Shown piece by piece: positions 1-9,427 of a stretch of DNA of 64,000 nt (positions are counted from its first letter, which is position 1; each line of letters begins with the position of its first letter). The position numbers were made by a program, and so were the translations under genes. This DNA is from an uncultured Halieaceae bacterium (GTDB lineage Bacteria; Pseudomonadota; Gammaproteobacteria; Pseudomonadales; Halieaceae), in the NCBI GenBank assembly GCA_913031575.1, contig CAJWEV010000004.1, positions 15,310 through 79,309 of the forward strand, given 5' to 3'. The notes beneath the pieces are model-generated. The model did no database searches and was not told where the DNA came from. It saw nothing but the letters and a program-made list of their open reading frames with translations.

Positions 1-413
1 CAGAAAAGGAACTTCCACTGGCAATCGCACCCTCGCTGAAGCAACTCCATGTAGAACTGACAGTGTTTACTGAAAATAACTCAGGCGCTTCCGTTATCGA
101 TTTTTTGTTAGCCAAGCCTGAGCAGCTTGAGACGGTCCGACGCGCGCAGACGATGGCATCAACGCACTATGGCGAGATCCGCGGCAATTTATGGGCTGAG
201 TCGATGAAGCCGATGCATCTGTTGCGAGCGAAGCTCTCCTTCCTCGGTGCCAATCGGTTCGATCCGAAGGGCGACTTGTGGGTTCGCGTCACGTTCTTCC
301 AAGGGTCACCTCTTATCGAAGATTTAATGCAGGACGCCGATTCTTCAGCCTGGTCCGATCATTGGAGCTTCGCTCTCGCGCCACCGGCAGAGCGTCGTGA
401 AAGTCTCAGCTAA
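1..413 (+). CDS. 5'-truncated conserved hypothetical protein (C-terminal part), partner of DUF3726
   Basis: Frame is open from position 3 (EKELPLAIAP...) through the listed ORF to TAA at 413. The KLSFLGANRFDPKGDLWVRVTFFQGSP segment looks like a conserved family motif. Overlaps the next gene by 17 nt. Confidence 0.75.
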   Translation, partial: EKELPLAIAPSLKQLHVELTVFTENNSGASVIDFLLAKPEQLETVRRAQTMASTHYGEIRGNLWAESMKPMHLLRAKLSFLGANRFDPKGDLWVRVTFFQGSPLIEDLMQDADSSAWSDHWSFALAPPAERRESLS

Positions 414-1218
414 CGAGCTGCATTCGAAACTCGAGAAGGCACTGTTGGGGCTGGGTTTGACCCAGGCTGCGGCAAAGGATGCCAGTGACATGGTGTGCTG
501 GCTCACGCTGTACGGTTTTGACGGGATAGCGACGTTGAAGACATCACTCGACCTACTTGAGCATTGCCTAACCAACGTCTCGGCCGGAACGTCTCCAATG
601 TCTGCATTGCAGTGGGATGCGGACACACGGACCTTGAGCGTCGACACCCAAGGCGGTTCCGCCCTCCTCTTCGGGAATCTGTGGCTTGAATACAGTAAGT
701 CACTCGCCACGCAGCACGATGAAATCGCCGTGCTTTTCGAGAACTGCCCTGATGTCTTCCTATTGATGGGCTATCTGCCAACGCTTCAGTCCCCCGGACT
801 CGACATCGATGCGCGAGCTCAACAGAGTGCGACATCGCCGATAACGTATTTCAAATTTAGATCAGGGATGAACTTACCGGACGTATGGCAAGCGTCTATG
901 GATTCTGATGATCGAGAATCCTTAACTGTCTGTCTGACGCGCCCACCCACTCGCATTGCTGAAGGAAGCAGGCGTGAAATTAGCGTAAGAAAAAAGGCGG
1001 CAGCCGATACAAAAACTGACGGTCGTACTTCGGAGATGGGCATTACCGGGGCTGAATATCATCAGACTGCTGCCGAATTGAACACTGTTTATGAGCAAAA
1101 ACTTAAAACCGGCATTGATATCGACTCCGATCTCTGGGACCAACTCAAGCACTATGGATTGGCAACACTCGTCGAGGCTGATGACGCGTCGCGGATGGGT
1201 GCAGGACCCTCAGATTAA
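397..1218 (+). CDS. DUF3726-like protein (Ldh_2-related N-terminus)
   Basis: N-terminus MKVSANELHSKLEKALLGLG...AKDASDMVCWL and C-terminus GIDIDSDLWDQL...LVEADDASRMGAG resemble DUF3726 proteins. GTG start overlaps the upstream gene. Confidence 0.7.
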   Translation: MKVSANELHSKLEKALLGLGLTQAAAKDASDMVCWLTLYGFDGIATLKTSLDLLEHCLTNVSAGTSPMSALQWDADTRTLSVDTQGGSALLFGNLWLEYSKSLATQHDEIAVLFENCPDVFLLMGYLPTLQSPGLDIDARAQQSATSPITYFKFRSGMNLPDVWQASMDSDDRESLTVCLTRPPTRIAEGSRREISVRKKAAADTKTDGRTSEMGITGAEYHQTAAELNTVYEQKLKTGIDIDSDLWDQLKHYGLATLVEADDASRMGAGPSD

Positions 1219-1389
1219 TTACGTTTTACGGCCAAAAGTGCTGCCAACGATAGGCCAAACTCTGCTAGCGTTAAGGTGGATTTGAAACAATAACAAAGCA
1301 CGTCTTCGACAGCGTGAAAAAGCGGTCTCCAACAAAGACAGGCATCGTCCGACAAGTGGGGCGATGATGAGTAACAAGAGAAATCTTTC

Positions 1390-2637
1390 ATGCCACTGGG
1401 TCTTCTAAAATATGGTCTCTCCCAGGACTTTCCGTTTGAGAAAGACCCAGACCTACCCTTACCGACTGACCTCAAGCGTCAGTATGACGTCGTCATCATC
1501 GGTGGTGGCGGTCACGGAGTGGCGACAGCCTATTACCTCGCCAAATATCATGGCATTACCAACGTCGCGGTGTTGGAAAAGGGATATCTGGGTGGTGGCA
1601 ATACGGCGAGAAACACCGCCGTCATTCGCTCTAATTATCTGACCCCCGAAGGGGTGAAGTTCTACAGTGAATCCGTGAAGCTGTACGAAAACCTTTCTAA
1701 CGAATTTAACTTCAATATCATGTACTCGCGAAGAGGTCAGCTGACACTTGCACATACCGATGCGACAGTCTGCGCCTTTCGCCAGCGCGCTGAGGTCAAC
1801 AAGCATTTTGGTGGCCGAACCGAGCTAATCGATCCCACAGACATAGCGCAGCTCGTACCCACCTTAAATCTCAATCCTGCCAATCTGCCGGTTCTCGCTG
1901 GTCTTTGGCACAAAGACGGTGCAACAGCCCGCCATGATGCAGTTGCATGGGGCTATGCCCGCGGTGCGACGCAACGCGGTGTTGAACTTCACCAGCTGAC
2001 CGAGGTCACCGACGTGCTGGTCAGTAATGGTCGTGTCACGGGCGTCAAAACGACGCGTGGGGGTATCGACGCAGGAGTGGTCATTCAAGCGGTAGCGGGG
2101 CATAGCGCGTTATTGGCGCAAAAAGCAGGCTTTCCACTGCCTATCGTTGCCTACCCGCTTCAAGCGATGGTCACACTTCCCGTAAAGCCGTTTCTCACAC
2201 CGCTTGTGAGTTCATCGGCACTGCACTGCTACATTCAACAAACCAGCCGCGGCGAAATGGTGATTGGTGGTGGTTCTGACCCCTACCCGCTTTACAACAG
2301 CCGAGCATCGCTACCACTCAAGGAAAACCTGATCTCAAGTGCTGTCGAAATGTTCCCGTTCCTAAGTGAAATGCGGTTACTAAGGCAATGGGCAGGGATT
2401 ACCGACATGACGAGTGACTACAGTCCCATTATGGGCCTGAGTCCGTTAGAGAATTACTACATTGACGCGGGCTGGGGCACCTGGGGTTTTAAGGCGACAC
2501 CGATCTGCGGCAAAACAATGGCAGAGCTGGTAGCGACGGGTGGCAAGGTACCCGAGCTCATTCAGCCTTTTGAGCTCGCGCGCTTTGATCGCTTCAAGCA
2601 GGTCAATGAAATGGGCGCCACGGCGGCAAGTCACTGA
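1390..2637 (+). CDS. soxB: Heterotetrameric sarcosine oxidase beta-subunit family flavoprotein (N-methylglutamate dehydrogenase MgdA-like)
   Basis: GGGGHG dinucleotide motif, GGGNTARNTAVIRSNY, GWGTWGFKATP, C-terminal EMGATAASH; first gene of a beta-delta-alpha-gamma operon. Confidence 0.9.
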   Translation: MPLGLLKYGLSQDFPFEKDPDLPLPTDLKRQYDVVIIGGGGHGVATAYYLAKYHGITNVAVLEKGYLGGGNTARNTAVIRSNYLTPEGVKFYSESVKLYENLSNEFNFNIMYSRRGQLTLAHTDATVCAFRQRAEVNKHFGGRTELIDPTDIAQLVPTLNLNPANLPVLAGLWHKDGATARHDAVAWGYARGATQRGVELHQLTEVTDVLVSNGRVTGVKTTRGGIDAGVVIQAVAGHSALLAQKAGFPLPIVAYPLQAMVTLPVKPFLTPLVSSSALHCYIQQTSRGEMVIGGGSDPYPLYNSRASLPLKENLISSAVEMFPFLSEMRLLRQWAGITDMTSDYSPIMGLSPLENYYIDAGWGTWGFKATPICGKTMAELVATGGKVPELIQPFELARFDRFKQVNEMGATAASH

Positions 2638-2645
2638 GGTAGGGC

Positions 2646-2942
2646 ATGAAGATCATGACATGCCCGCTAAACGGGCCACGAAATATCAGCGAATTTGTCT
2701 ATGGCGGTCAAGTTAAGGCGATGCCTAATAGCCAAAACGTCTCGGACGCAGATTGGGCTCACTACGTCTTTTACGAGAAAAATGATGTGGGGGTCGTGCT
2801 CGAGTGGTGGATGCATAGCCCCAGTAGCTACTGGTTCATTGCAGAACGGCATAACGCGACGGACGAGATCATTCGCACCTACCCGGCAGACGAACTCTTC
2901 AAACAGCGCGTCGATTTCGTGCCCGATGAGGGTGCGTCATGA
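2646..2942 (+). CDS. soxD: Sarcosine oxidase delta-subunit family (MgdB-like)
   Basis: MKIMTCPLNGPRNISEF...EWWMH...WFIAERHNATDEI; 98 aa; second position in the operon. Confidence 0.88.
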   Translation: MKIMTCPLNGPRNISEFVYGGQVKAMPNSQNVSDADWAHYVFYEKNDVGVVLEWWMHSPSSYWFIAERHNATDEIIRTYPADELFKQRVDFVPDEGAS

Positions 2943-5848
2943 AACGGCTCAAGAACGCGCATTTTGGTCAATGGATTGATCCATCACAAACCGTTCAGTT
3001 CACCTTCGAGGGAGAGCTGATCCGTGGCTTGGAGGGCGATACTGTCGCTTCAGCGCTATTAGCCAACGACCAATGGCTCCAGTCGCGGTCGTTTAAATAC
3101 CACCGCCCGAGGGGACCATTGACACTTTCTGGCCACGACGCCAACACTCTGGTGCAGACGCCCACAACGCCCAATCTTTTGGCCGATCGCTTGCCCGCCG
3201 AGGACCATCTTACGGTAACGGCTCAGAACTATACCGGCAGCCTGCACTTTGACCTGTCTCGATTACTCGATTGGTGCGGGCGCTTTCTGCCGGTCGGCTT
3301 CTACTACAAAGCCTTTTTCAAACCGCGGGGTATTTGGGCCTGGTGGGAACCTATTGTTAGGAAGGCTGCGGGACTGGGTAGTAGTAACCTCTCGGTTAAA
3401 GCCGCCTACAATGACAAAACCTACGCCTTTGCTGATGTTGCCGTCATTGGTGCGGGACCTGCGGGTTTAAATGCGGCTCTCCTGGCCGCAAACGCTGGCG
3501 CGCAGGTAACGCTTGTCGAGCAGGAGCCGCATTTGGGTGGCTCGATGAACTATCACGCCTTTGCGGGTGATTGTGAGACCACCAAGTCGGCCCGGGATAT
3601 CTTAGTAGCGGCCGTAGAGACGCACGAGAATATCGATGTGCTCTCCTCATCCACATGTAACGCCTGGTTTGGTGATCACTACCTGCCGATCATTCAAAAA
3701 TCACGCTTGATCAAGTTGCGGGCGAAACAGACCATTCTCACAACCGGCTCGAGTGAGCAACACGTGGTGTTTCGCAACAATGATTTACCTGGTGTAGTCA
3801 TGTGCAGCGCGCTTGATCGCTTGATGCGCCTATACGGTGTCGTCCCGTCAGCGCCTGTTGTTGTGTTAGCGGGCAACGATCTCGCCTACCGAACCGCATT
3901 CAGTGGCCAGGATGGTGGTGCAAACGTTGCTGCAATCGTGGACCTCCGCACCACCTGCAATAACACAGCACTTAGTGACGAGGCTAAACGGCGAAATATT
4001 GCCCTCTTCCAAGGCTGTGGTATCTACGAGGCTAAAAAAGGACTCTTCAATCATGGACTGTCACAAGTCGACGTGCACAAACTGGCCGAGCGCGGCGAGG
4101 TAGCAGAAAAGCTCGTCAGCATCGATTGCGGGCTGCTTGCCATGTCAGCCGGGTTCATGCCGTCCTATCAGTTGGCGTGCCAAGCCGGGGCTGTCCTTAG
4201 CTACGATGACAGTAAGTCTCAGTTCAAACTATCCAATCTACCCCAGGGCATGCATCTCGCCGGCAGTGTCAACAGTGTGTTCTCGCTGGATCTGGTAGAA
4301 GCCGACGGTAGGAACGCGGCACGACAGGCATTGAGCAATTTGGGGGTCGCTCCTGAAAGCGAGACGGCGTCAGCTGAAGACGTCAACTGTACCGAGCAGG
4401 TCAACCATCCTTGGCCCTTCTTGAAGCACCCCAAAGGTCGAGAATTTGTCGATTTCGACGAAGACCTGCAGATCAAAGACATCATTAATGCAACGCGCAT
4501 GGGTTATCGAGACATCCAGCTTGTGAAGCGCTTCTCCACCGTGGGTATGGGACCGTCCCAGGGCCGTCATTCGGCACTCCCCACGGCACGGTTGGTCGCC
4601 AAAACAACCGACCGTACCGTACACGAAACGGGCGTCACCACAGCACGACCACCATTGATGCCTGAGCCGCTAGGATTACTGGCGGGAAGACGTTTTCATC
4701 CGCTTCGGCGGACGCCGCTGCACCACAGGCACCTCGCGCTGGGGGCTCAAATGATGCCCGCTGGTAGCTGGCAGCGCCCCGCCTACTTCGGCGACCCCAA
4801 ACAACGTACGGCTTGTGTTCAGGCTGAGGTGACGGCTGTACGACGAGGGGTGGGTATCATTGATGTCAGTACGCTGGGTGGCATTGAACTTCGGGGACCC
4901 GATGCACCGGAGTTTATGAACCGGCTTTACACCTTTGGCTTCGTTAAACAGCCGATAGGTAAAACGCGCTACGCCGTACTGACCAATGAGCAAGGGGTTG
5001 TCGCCGACGACGGCGTCGCCGCCCGGCTAGGAGAGCACCACTACTACGTTACGGCGACCTCAAGCGGCGTTGATCGGGTATACCGCGACATGCTCCGCTG
5101 GAATGCCCAGTGGCGACTCGATCTCGATATTGCCAATGTCACGAGTGCATTCAGCGCGATAAATGTCGCGGGCCCGCTGTCACGGCAAGTTATCGAGAGC
5201 GCTGGTTGCAGTGTGGACCTCAGTACCGAGCACTTTCCCTACCTCGCCTACCAGGAAGCCTCAGTTGCCGGCATCCCTGCACGCATGATGCGCGTCGGTT
5301 TCGTTGGCGAACTCGGTTACGAATTACATGTGCCCTCACCTTTAATGGGTGAACTCTGGGATCGCCTACTTACAAGTGGCGAAGCGCATGGTATTCGCCC
5401 CTTTGGTATCGAGGCTCAGCGGCTACTAAGACTCGAAAAAGGTCACATCATCGTTGGGCAGGACACCGACGGCATGACACAGCCCGATGAAGTGTCATTG
5501 CGCTGGGCAATTTCGTCGAAAAAACCCTTTTTCGTGGGTTCAAAAAGCGTCGACATCCTCTCCAAGAGTCCGCTAAAGCGGCAGCTCGTAGGTTTTGAAC
5601 TCGATGCCACAAGCCCTCAACCCAAAGAAGGTCACCTGGTTATCCGCAATGGCGATATAGTCGGTTCGGTGACTTCCTGCGAATACTCGCCAACCTTGAA
5701 AAAGATCATTGGCCTTGCCTATGTTCATCCCGAGGATGCAGTGTCTGGCACAACGGTGGTTATCCGGACTGATGATGCAGTGCATGCCCATGCGCAGGTA
5801 GTAGAAACACCCTTTTATGACCCCGATAATCTGAGGCAAGCCTTGTGA
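2939..5848 (+). CDS. soxA: Sarcosine oxidase alpha-subunit family (MgdC-like; NAD-binding and GcvT/THF domains)
   Basis: RSFKYHRPRG, GAGPAG, KRFSTVGMGPSQGR, DVSTLG, RVGFVGELGYE, LRLEKGH, PFYDP; ATGA overlap with the delta subunit. Confidence 0.92.
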   Translation: MKRLKNAHFGQWIDPSQTVQFTFEGELIRGLEGDTVASALLANDQWLQSRSFKYHRPRGPLTLSGHDANTLVQTPTTPNLLADRLPAEDHLTVTAQNYTGSLHFDLSRLLDWCGRFLPVGFYYKAFFKPRGIWAWWEPIVRKAAGLGSSNLSVKAAYNDKTYAFADVAVIGAGPAGLNAALLAANAGAQVTLVEQEPHLGGSMNYHAFAGDCETTKSARDILVAAVETHENIDVLSSSTCNAWFGDHYLPIIQKSRLIKLRAKQTILTTGSSEQHVVFRNNDLPGVVMCSALDRLMRLYGVVPSAPVVVLAGNDLAYRTAFSGQDGGANVAAIVDLRTTCNNTALSDEAKRRNIALFQGCGIYEAKKGLFNHGLSQVDVHKLAERGEVAEKLVSIDCGLLAMSAGFMPSYQLACQAGAVLSYDDSKSQFKLSNLPQGMHLAGSVNSVFSLDLVEADGRNAARQALSNLGVAPESETASAEDVNCTEQVNHPWPFLKHPKGREFVDFDEDLQIKDIINATRMGYRDIQLVKRFSTVGMGPSQGRHSALPTARLVAKTTDRTVHETGVTTARPPLMPEPLGLLAGRRFHPLRRTPLHHRHLALGAQMMPAGSWQRPAYFGDPKQRTACVQAEVTAVRRGVGIIDVSTLGGIELRGPDAPEFMNRLYTFGFVKQPIGKTRYAVLTNEQGVVADDGVAARLGEHHYYVTATSSGVDRVYRDMLRWNAQWRLDLDIANVTSAFSAINVAGPLSRQVIESAGCSVDLSTEHFPYLAYQEASVAGIPARMMRVGFVGELGYELHVPSPLMGELWDRLLTSGEAHGIRPFGIEAQRLLRLEKGHIIVGQDTDGMTQPDEVSLRWAISSKKPFFVGSKSVDILSKSPLKRQLVGFELDATSPQPKEGHLVIRNGDIVGSVTSCEYSPTLKKIIGLAYVHPEDAVSGTTVVIRTDDAVHAHAQVVETPFYDPDNLRQAL

Positions 5849-6402
5849 GCGCGCACCTCGATCCCATCTTCGAATCACCGTTGGGTGGACTCAGTCATGA
5901 GGGCAATATTTCAATTCATGACCTCACGAAAAGACATCGCTGGGGCTTGCGGGGTAAAGGCGCCGCAGAGACGCTACGAATCCAGGGTTGGGATATTCCA
6001 GAGCAACCTAATCGCTTGGTCGCATCAAAAAACGAGACATTTGTGATGGCACTGAGTCAGCGTGAGTTTTGGGTACTCGACCCCCACAACGACACGGCAG
6101 CACTCGCAATGAGCAATGACTTTACTCGGGACGCCTATCCCCTCTTCTGCCAAAGTAGCCACGCGTGGCTTGTACTGAAGGGCTGTCAAACGTCAGCGCT
6201 AATGGCAAAAGTCTGTGGCGTTGACCTCAGGCCAGAAGCTTTCAAGGTCGGTGATGTTGCACAAACTCAAATGGCGCTAATCAGCTGCATCATTGTGCGG
6301 CACGAGCTAGCAGGTAACGACGTCTTCTCAATTTTTGTCGATCAGTCCTATGGCGAATATGTGCTGGAGGCGCTGCTGGATGCACGACGGGAGTTCCTCT
6401 AG
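5845..6402 (+). CDS. soxG: Sarcosine oxidase gamma-subunit family (MgdD-like)
   Basis: MAKVCGVDLRPEAFKVGDVAQT motif; GTGA overlap with the alpha subunit; last gene of the operon. Confidence 0.82.
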   Translation: MSAHLDPIFESPLGGLSHEGNISIHDLTKRHRWGLRGKGAAETLRIQGWDIPEQPNRLVASKNETFVMALSQREFWVLDPHNDTAALAMSNDFTRDAYPLFCQSSHAWLVLKGCQTSALMAKVCGVDLRPEAFKVGDVAQTQMALISCIIVRHELAGNDVFSIFVDQSYGEYVLEALLDARREFL

Positions 6403-6448
6403 TCGTCAGTCGCAGTACTGCTTTATTCGCTAAGCAGTCGCAGAGCGA

Positions 6449-7447
6449 TTAGCTAGAAGATAACTCCGCTATTTGAGTAAGTAATGCCTCGGGCACTTCA
6501 ACGCCTTGCGCTTCATGAATACGCCTTAATTCAGCGCGCCGCTCGCCGGGTACCCTCACCTCATTATCGCGCGTTAACTCACTGCACATAGACTCAAGGT
6601 GCTCGACGAAACCCCCACCGAAGAAGGCGGGTTCCATTGCGATAATCGTCTGACCAACATTAGGTGGTCCACCCTCTGTGGTTGCAAACATGGATGCTTC
6701 ATAGGAACAATTACTGCCCGTAAGAACGCCCCCCAGCACATCCACCATCAGCCCGAGGCCAAAGCCCTTTGGACCACCTACAGGCAACTGGGCTCCCTTC
6801 AAACCTGCGGCCGGATCCGTCGTTGGGTTGCCCTCTGAATCAATTGCATGACCCGGTTCGATTTCCCGACCCTCGGCTGCAGCTTTGACCAAATTGACGC
6901 GAGCAGTCGATGCCGTCGCCATATCAACCACAAGTGGCTCATCACCAGCCCTGGGTGCCCCAAAGGCAAACGGATTGGTCCCAAAGAAAGGCACTTTACC
7001 GCCATGAGCAGCAACGGCCTTAGAGCTATTCGCAAACATCAATGAGACCAGCCCCTCTTTCGCGAGTCGACGCACAAACCAACCCAAGACACCCGCAGAG
7101 GACGACTGATGGATAGACATCAGTCCAACCCCTTGCTCCCTCGCTGTTTCGATCAACCGAGCCTCACCCACAAGATAGGCGTGATGACAAAAACCAAAGT
7201 CTGCATCGATCACCGTGCTCGCAGCTGAGGTTTTGACGATCTTTGGACACGCGTGCGGTTTTACCTTCTCAACCTTGAGGTGTTTCAGGTACAGGTGCAT
7301 GTAACCCAAACCCACATTCCGGATGCCTTCAGCCTCTGCATCGGCGATTTCGGCCGCTACGATATCCGCCTGTTCTTGGCTAGCCCCCACGTTAAGTAGT
7401 GCATCTCTGCAGAGCGTCTCTATCTCCGACAAGGTCATGATTGGCAT
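6449..7447 (-). CDS. Ldh_2 (type-2 malate/L-lactate/L-sulfolactate dehydrogenase) family oxidoreductase
   Basis: FGTNPFAFGAP, VDMATAS, GNPTTDP, GGPKGFGLGLMVDVL, RVPGE motifs. Confidence 0.9.
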   Translation of the reverse strand: MPIMTLSEIETLCRDALLNVGASQEQADIVAAEIADAEAEGIRNVGLGYMHLYLKHLKVEKVKPHACPKIVKTSAASTVIDADFGFCHHAYLVGEARLIETAREQGVGLMSIHQSSSAGVLGWFVRRLAKEGLVSLMFANSSKAVAAHGGKVPFFGTNPFAFGAPRAGDEPLVVDMATASTARVNLVKAAAEGREIEPGHAIDSEGNPTTDPAAGLKGAQLPVGGPKGFGLGLMVDVLGGVLTGSNCSYEASMFATTEGGPPNVGQTIIAMEPAFFGGGFVEHLESMCSELTRDNEVRVPGERRAELRRIHEAQGVEVPEALLTQIAELSSS

Positions 7448-7570
7448 AGCAAAATCTCCGCAATATTGGTGCGGATCACATTAGAGGGAGTCGATCCCGC
7501 GGGCAAGCATGCGTCTGCACTAAGTCCGGACTAAGCACGAAATTAGGGCCGAGTGCTGAGCAAGCTGGGC

Positions 7571-7608
7571 TTGAAAAAGAAAGGCTCTGGAGTATGATAC
7601 GCCCCTTC
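7571..7608 (+). promoter_or_regulatory. Sigma70 promoter of tRNA-Arg with GC-rich discriminator
   Basis: TTGAAA (7571-7576), 16-nt spacer, TATGAT (7593-7598), then ACGCCCC directly before the tRNA. Confidence 0.7.
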
Positions 7609-7685
7609 GCGCCCGTAGCTCAGCTGGATAGAGTACCTGACTACGAATCAGGCGGTCGTACGTTCGAATCGTACCGGGCGCGCCA
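7609..7685 (+). tRNA. tRNA-Arg (ACG)
   Basis: 77-nt cloverleaf: acceptor GCGCCCG/CGGGCGC, D arm, anticodon arm CCTGA-CTACGAA-TCAGG, T arm GTACG-TTCGAAT-CGTAC, encoded CCA. Confidence 0.98.
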
Positions 7686-7686
7686 T

Positions 7687-7727
7687 ATACAAAAGAGCCT
7701 CACCCTTTGGGTGGGGCTTTGTTGTAT
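7687..7727. terminator. Probable bidirectional intrinsic terminator
   Basis: AGCCTCACCC-TTT-GGGTGGGGCT hairpin with A-rich left and T-rich right flanks, between the tRNA and a convergent CDS. Confidence 0.7.
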
Positions 7728-7788
7728 CCGGTGGTCTTACTCAATATTCGGGGTGCTGCGAGGCCAACTAAAGCCATTCAGTTCGAGC

Positions 7789-9414
7789 TCAATTCCCACC
7801 GAACTGCTGGTCACGATTCGTTTTGTCAAGAAACGAGTCTTCCGTACCTCTCGACTGTATCTGGCTCAAATCCGCTGTCATTAAAATACCGGTAAGCTCG
7901 GTCATGGTTGAGGTCTGACTTACAAACAACTGTTCATTCCATCGATCGATCCCTGAATCTGACGTCCAGTAGTAGCCGAGAAACCCGCCTAGACCAAAAC
8001 CCGGCAGGTCCAAGCAATGCCAGACATCACAGTTGTAGTAACCGGTATCGGCCTGACCAATAGCGCCTACTCCCCACCACACCTGTTGAAGCGAACCGCG
8101 CTTTCCGGGGCGCTCAGGGACGGACAACTGTGCGCGCGACCAGCCGTATTTACTCACCGCAGTTTTCGCCGCTGTTATGAGTTGTTCGTTATTGCGAGTC
8201 CATAAATAGGACTGTTCCGCGTGGCCCGTCGGCTCGACACGCCCGTCGACTTCTCGGTAATCCATTTCACCCAGGTGCTCGGTCTGGATCATTCCGACAA
8301 TGTTGCTCTTCTTTTCAGGGAAACGTGTGAACCAATCAGGTGCTGCATGCGCATCCTCCATACCGGGCATGTAATGCCGGCAATCTAGAAACACAGTCAA
8401 GGTTCGTGGCCGTTCACTTTGAGGAATATTGGAAAAATACTTCACAATGCCAAGCAGGCCCAAGGCACCGTTATCTTGCGTAATCGACGGTCCGTCCGTG
8501 TGATTCACCAGAATGATCTGCTCATCTTCTGGCGTGCCATAGTTAGCACCCGGTAAAAAAGCGATGTACTGAAAGGCTTCTGATATCTCTACCGTAGCCT
8601 CAAGCCTTAGTGTCGCCAATTTACCCTGCTTGGCATCGTCAATCACTTTGGCGCCATCTTCTCGAGACAAGATTAAGGTTGGCGAGTTGTAAAGTGTGGG
8701 CACACCAAAGGTGTATATTCCTTTTGTGCGTTCGTAGGCCATGTCGTAGACAATGATGGCGCCTGCCGCGTTGCCCTCACGTGGAATACGATCGAGCCCC
8801 TGCGCTAACTGCCACCAGATATCAAACGTAAAACTCTCGGAGGGTGGAACGAACTCGAACGGCGCCGGTAGCGTTTCCGCATCGGTCGCATATTCATAAT
8901 CATTGAAGGTGTAGTTGATTAAGTAGTTATCAGAATACGGAGGATTGGGATGTTTCCTCGTGGGAATAACCACGATCTTGCCTTCAATCGACTCCGGAGG
9001 ATTGTCATGGTCGTAATAAATGAGCTCCGCGGTGATGCCCTCGGGCCCTGTTGAACCCGAGTAAGCACCATAGTTAGCAACTCTCACAGATGCTCCATCA
9101 GATGAGAGCGACCACTGAGTGCTATCTTCGGATGTGTGCCAACGTTCGAATTGCCAAGCATTCCTTGTTCCATCAACTACGCCATAGTTATCGAGCGTGG
9201 TCTCTAGGAACTCCATGTAAGTCACCCACTCGGGGCTGCCAGTCAGCGTAGGGAGGTTGTCATTTTTAATCGACGCCCAAGCAAGTGCTTCCTCAGGCGT
9301 TACCAACCATTCTGATCGTAAGTTCGTCAGACTTGACTGATAAGTCGGCTCTTGATCGGTGCACCCGACCATTCCTGTGACGAATAAACAGACAGGCACT
9401 ATCCATGTTTTCAC
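7789..9414 (-). CDS. Lipoprotein with PA domain and M28-like (Zn-peptidase fold) domain
   Basis: Lipobox MVGC; PA-like segment (GITAELIY...IEGKIVV...AAGAIIVYD); NHTDG and QDNGALG metal-site motifs; GGGAGG RBS. Confidence 0.7.
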   Translation of the reverse strand: MKTWIVPVCLFVTGMVGCTDQEPTYQSSLTNLRSEWLVTPEEALAWASIKNDNLPTLTGSPEWVTYMEFLETTLDNYGVVDGTRNAWQFERWHTSEDSTQWSLSSDGASVRVANYGAYSGSTGPEGITAELIYYDHDNPPESIEGKIVVIPTRKHPNPPYSDNYLINYTFNDYEYATDAETLPAPFEFVPPSESFTFDIWWQLAQGLDRIPREGNAAGAIIVYDMAYERTKGIYTFGVPTLYNSPTLILSREDGAKVIDDAKQGKLATLRLEATVEISEAFQYIAFLPGANYGTPEDEQIILVNHTDGPSITQDNGALGLLGIVKYFSNIPQSERPRTLTVFLDCRHYMPGMEDAHAAPDWFTRFPEKKSNIVGMIQTEHLGEMDYREVDGRVEPTGHAEQSYLWTRNNEQLITAAKTAVSKYGWSRAQLSVPERPGKRGSLQQVWWGVGAIGQADTGYYNCDVWHCLDLPGFGLGGFLGYYWTSDSGIDRWNEQLFVSQTSTMTELTGILMTADLSQIQSRGTEDSFLDKTNRDQQFGGN

Positions 9415-9427
9415 AACGGGCCTCCCC

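Noticed and set aside
7594-7895. ORFs 7594-7884 and 7707-7895
   Set aside because: They overlap tRNA-Arg, its terminator and the end of a convergent gene; spurious.
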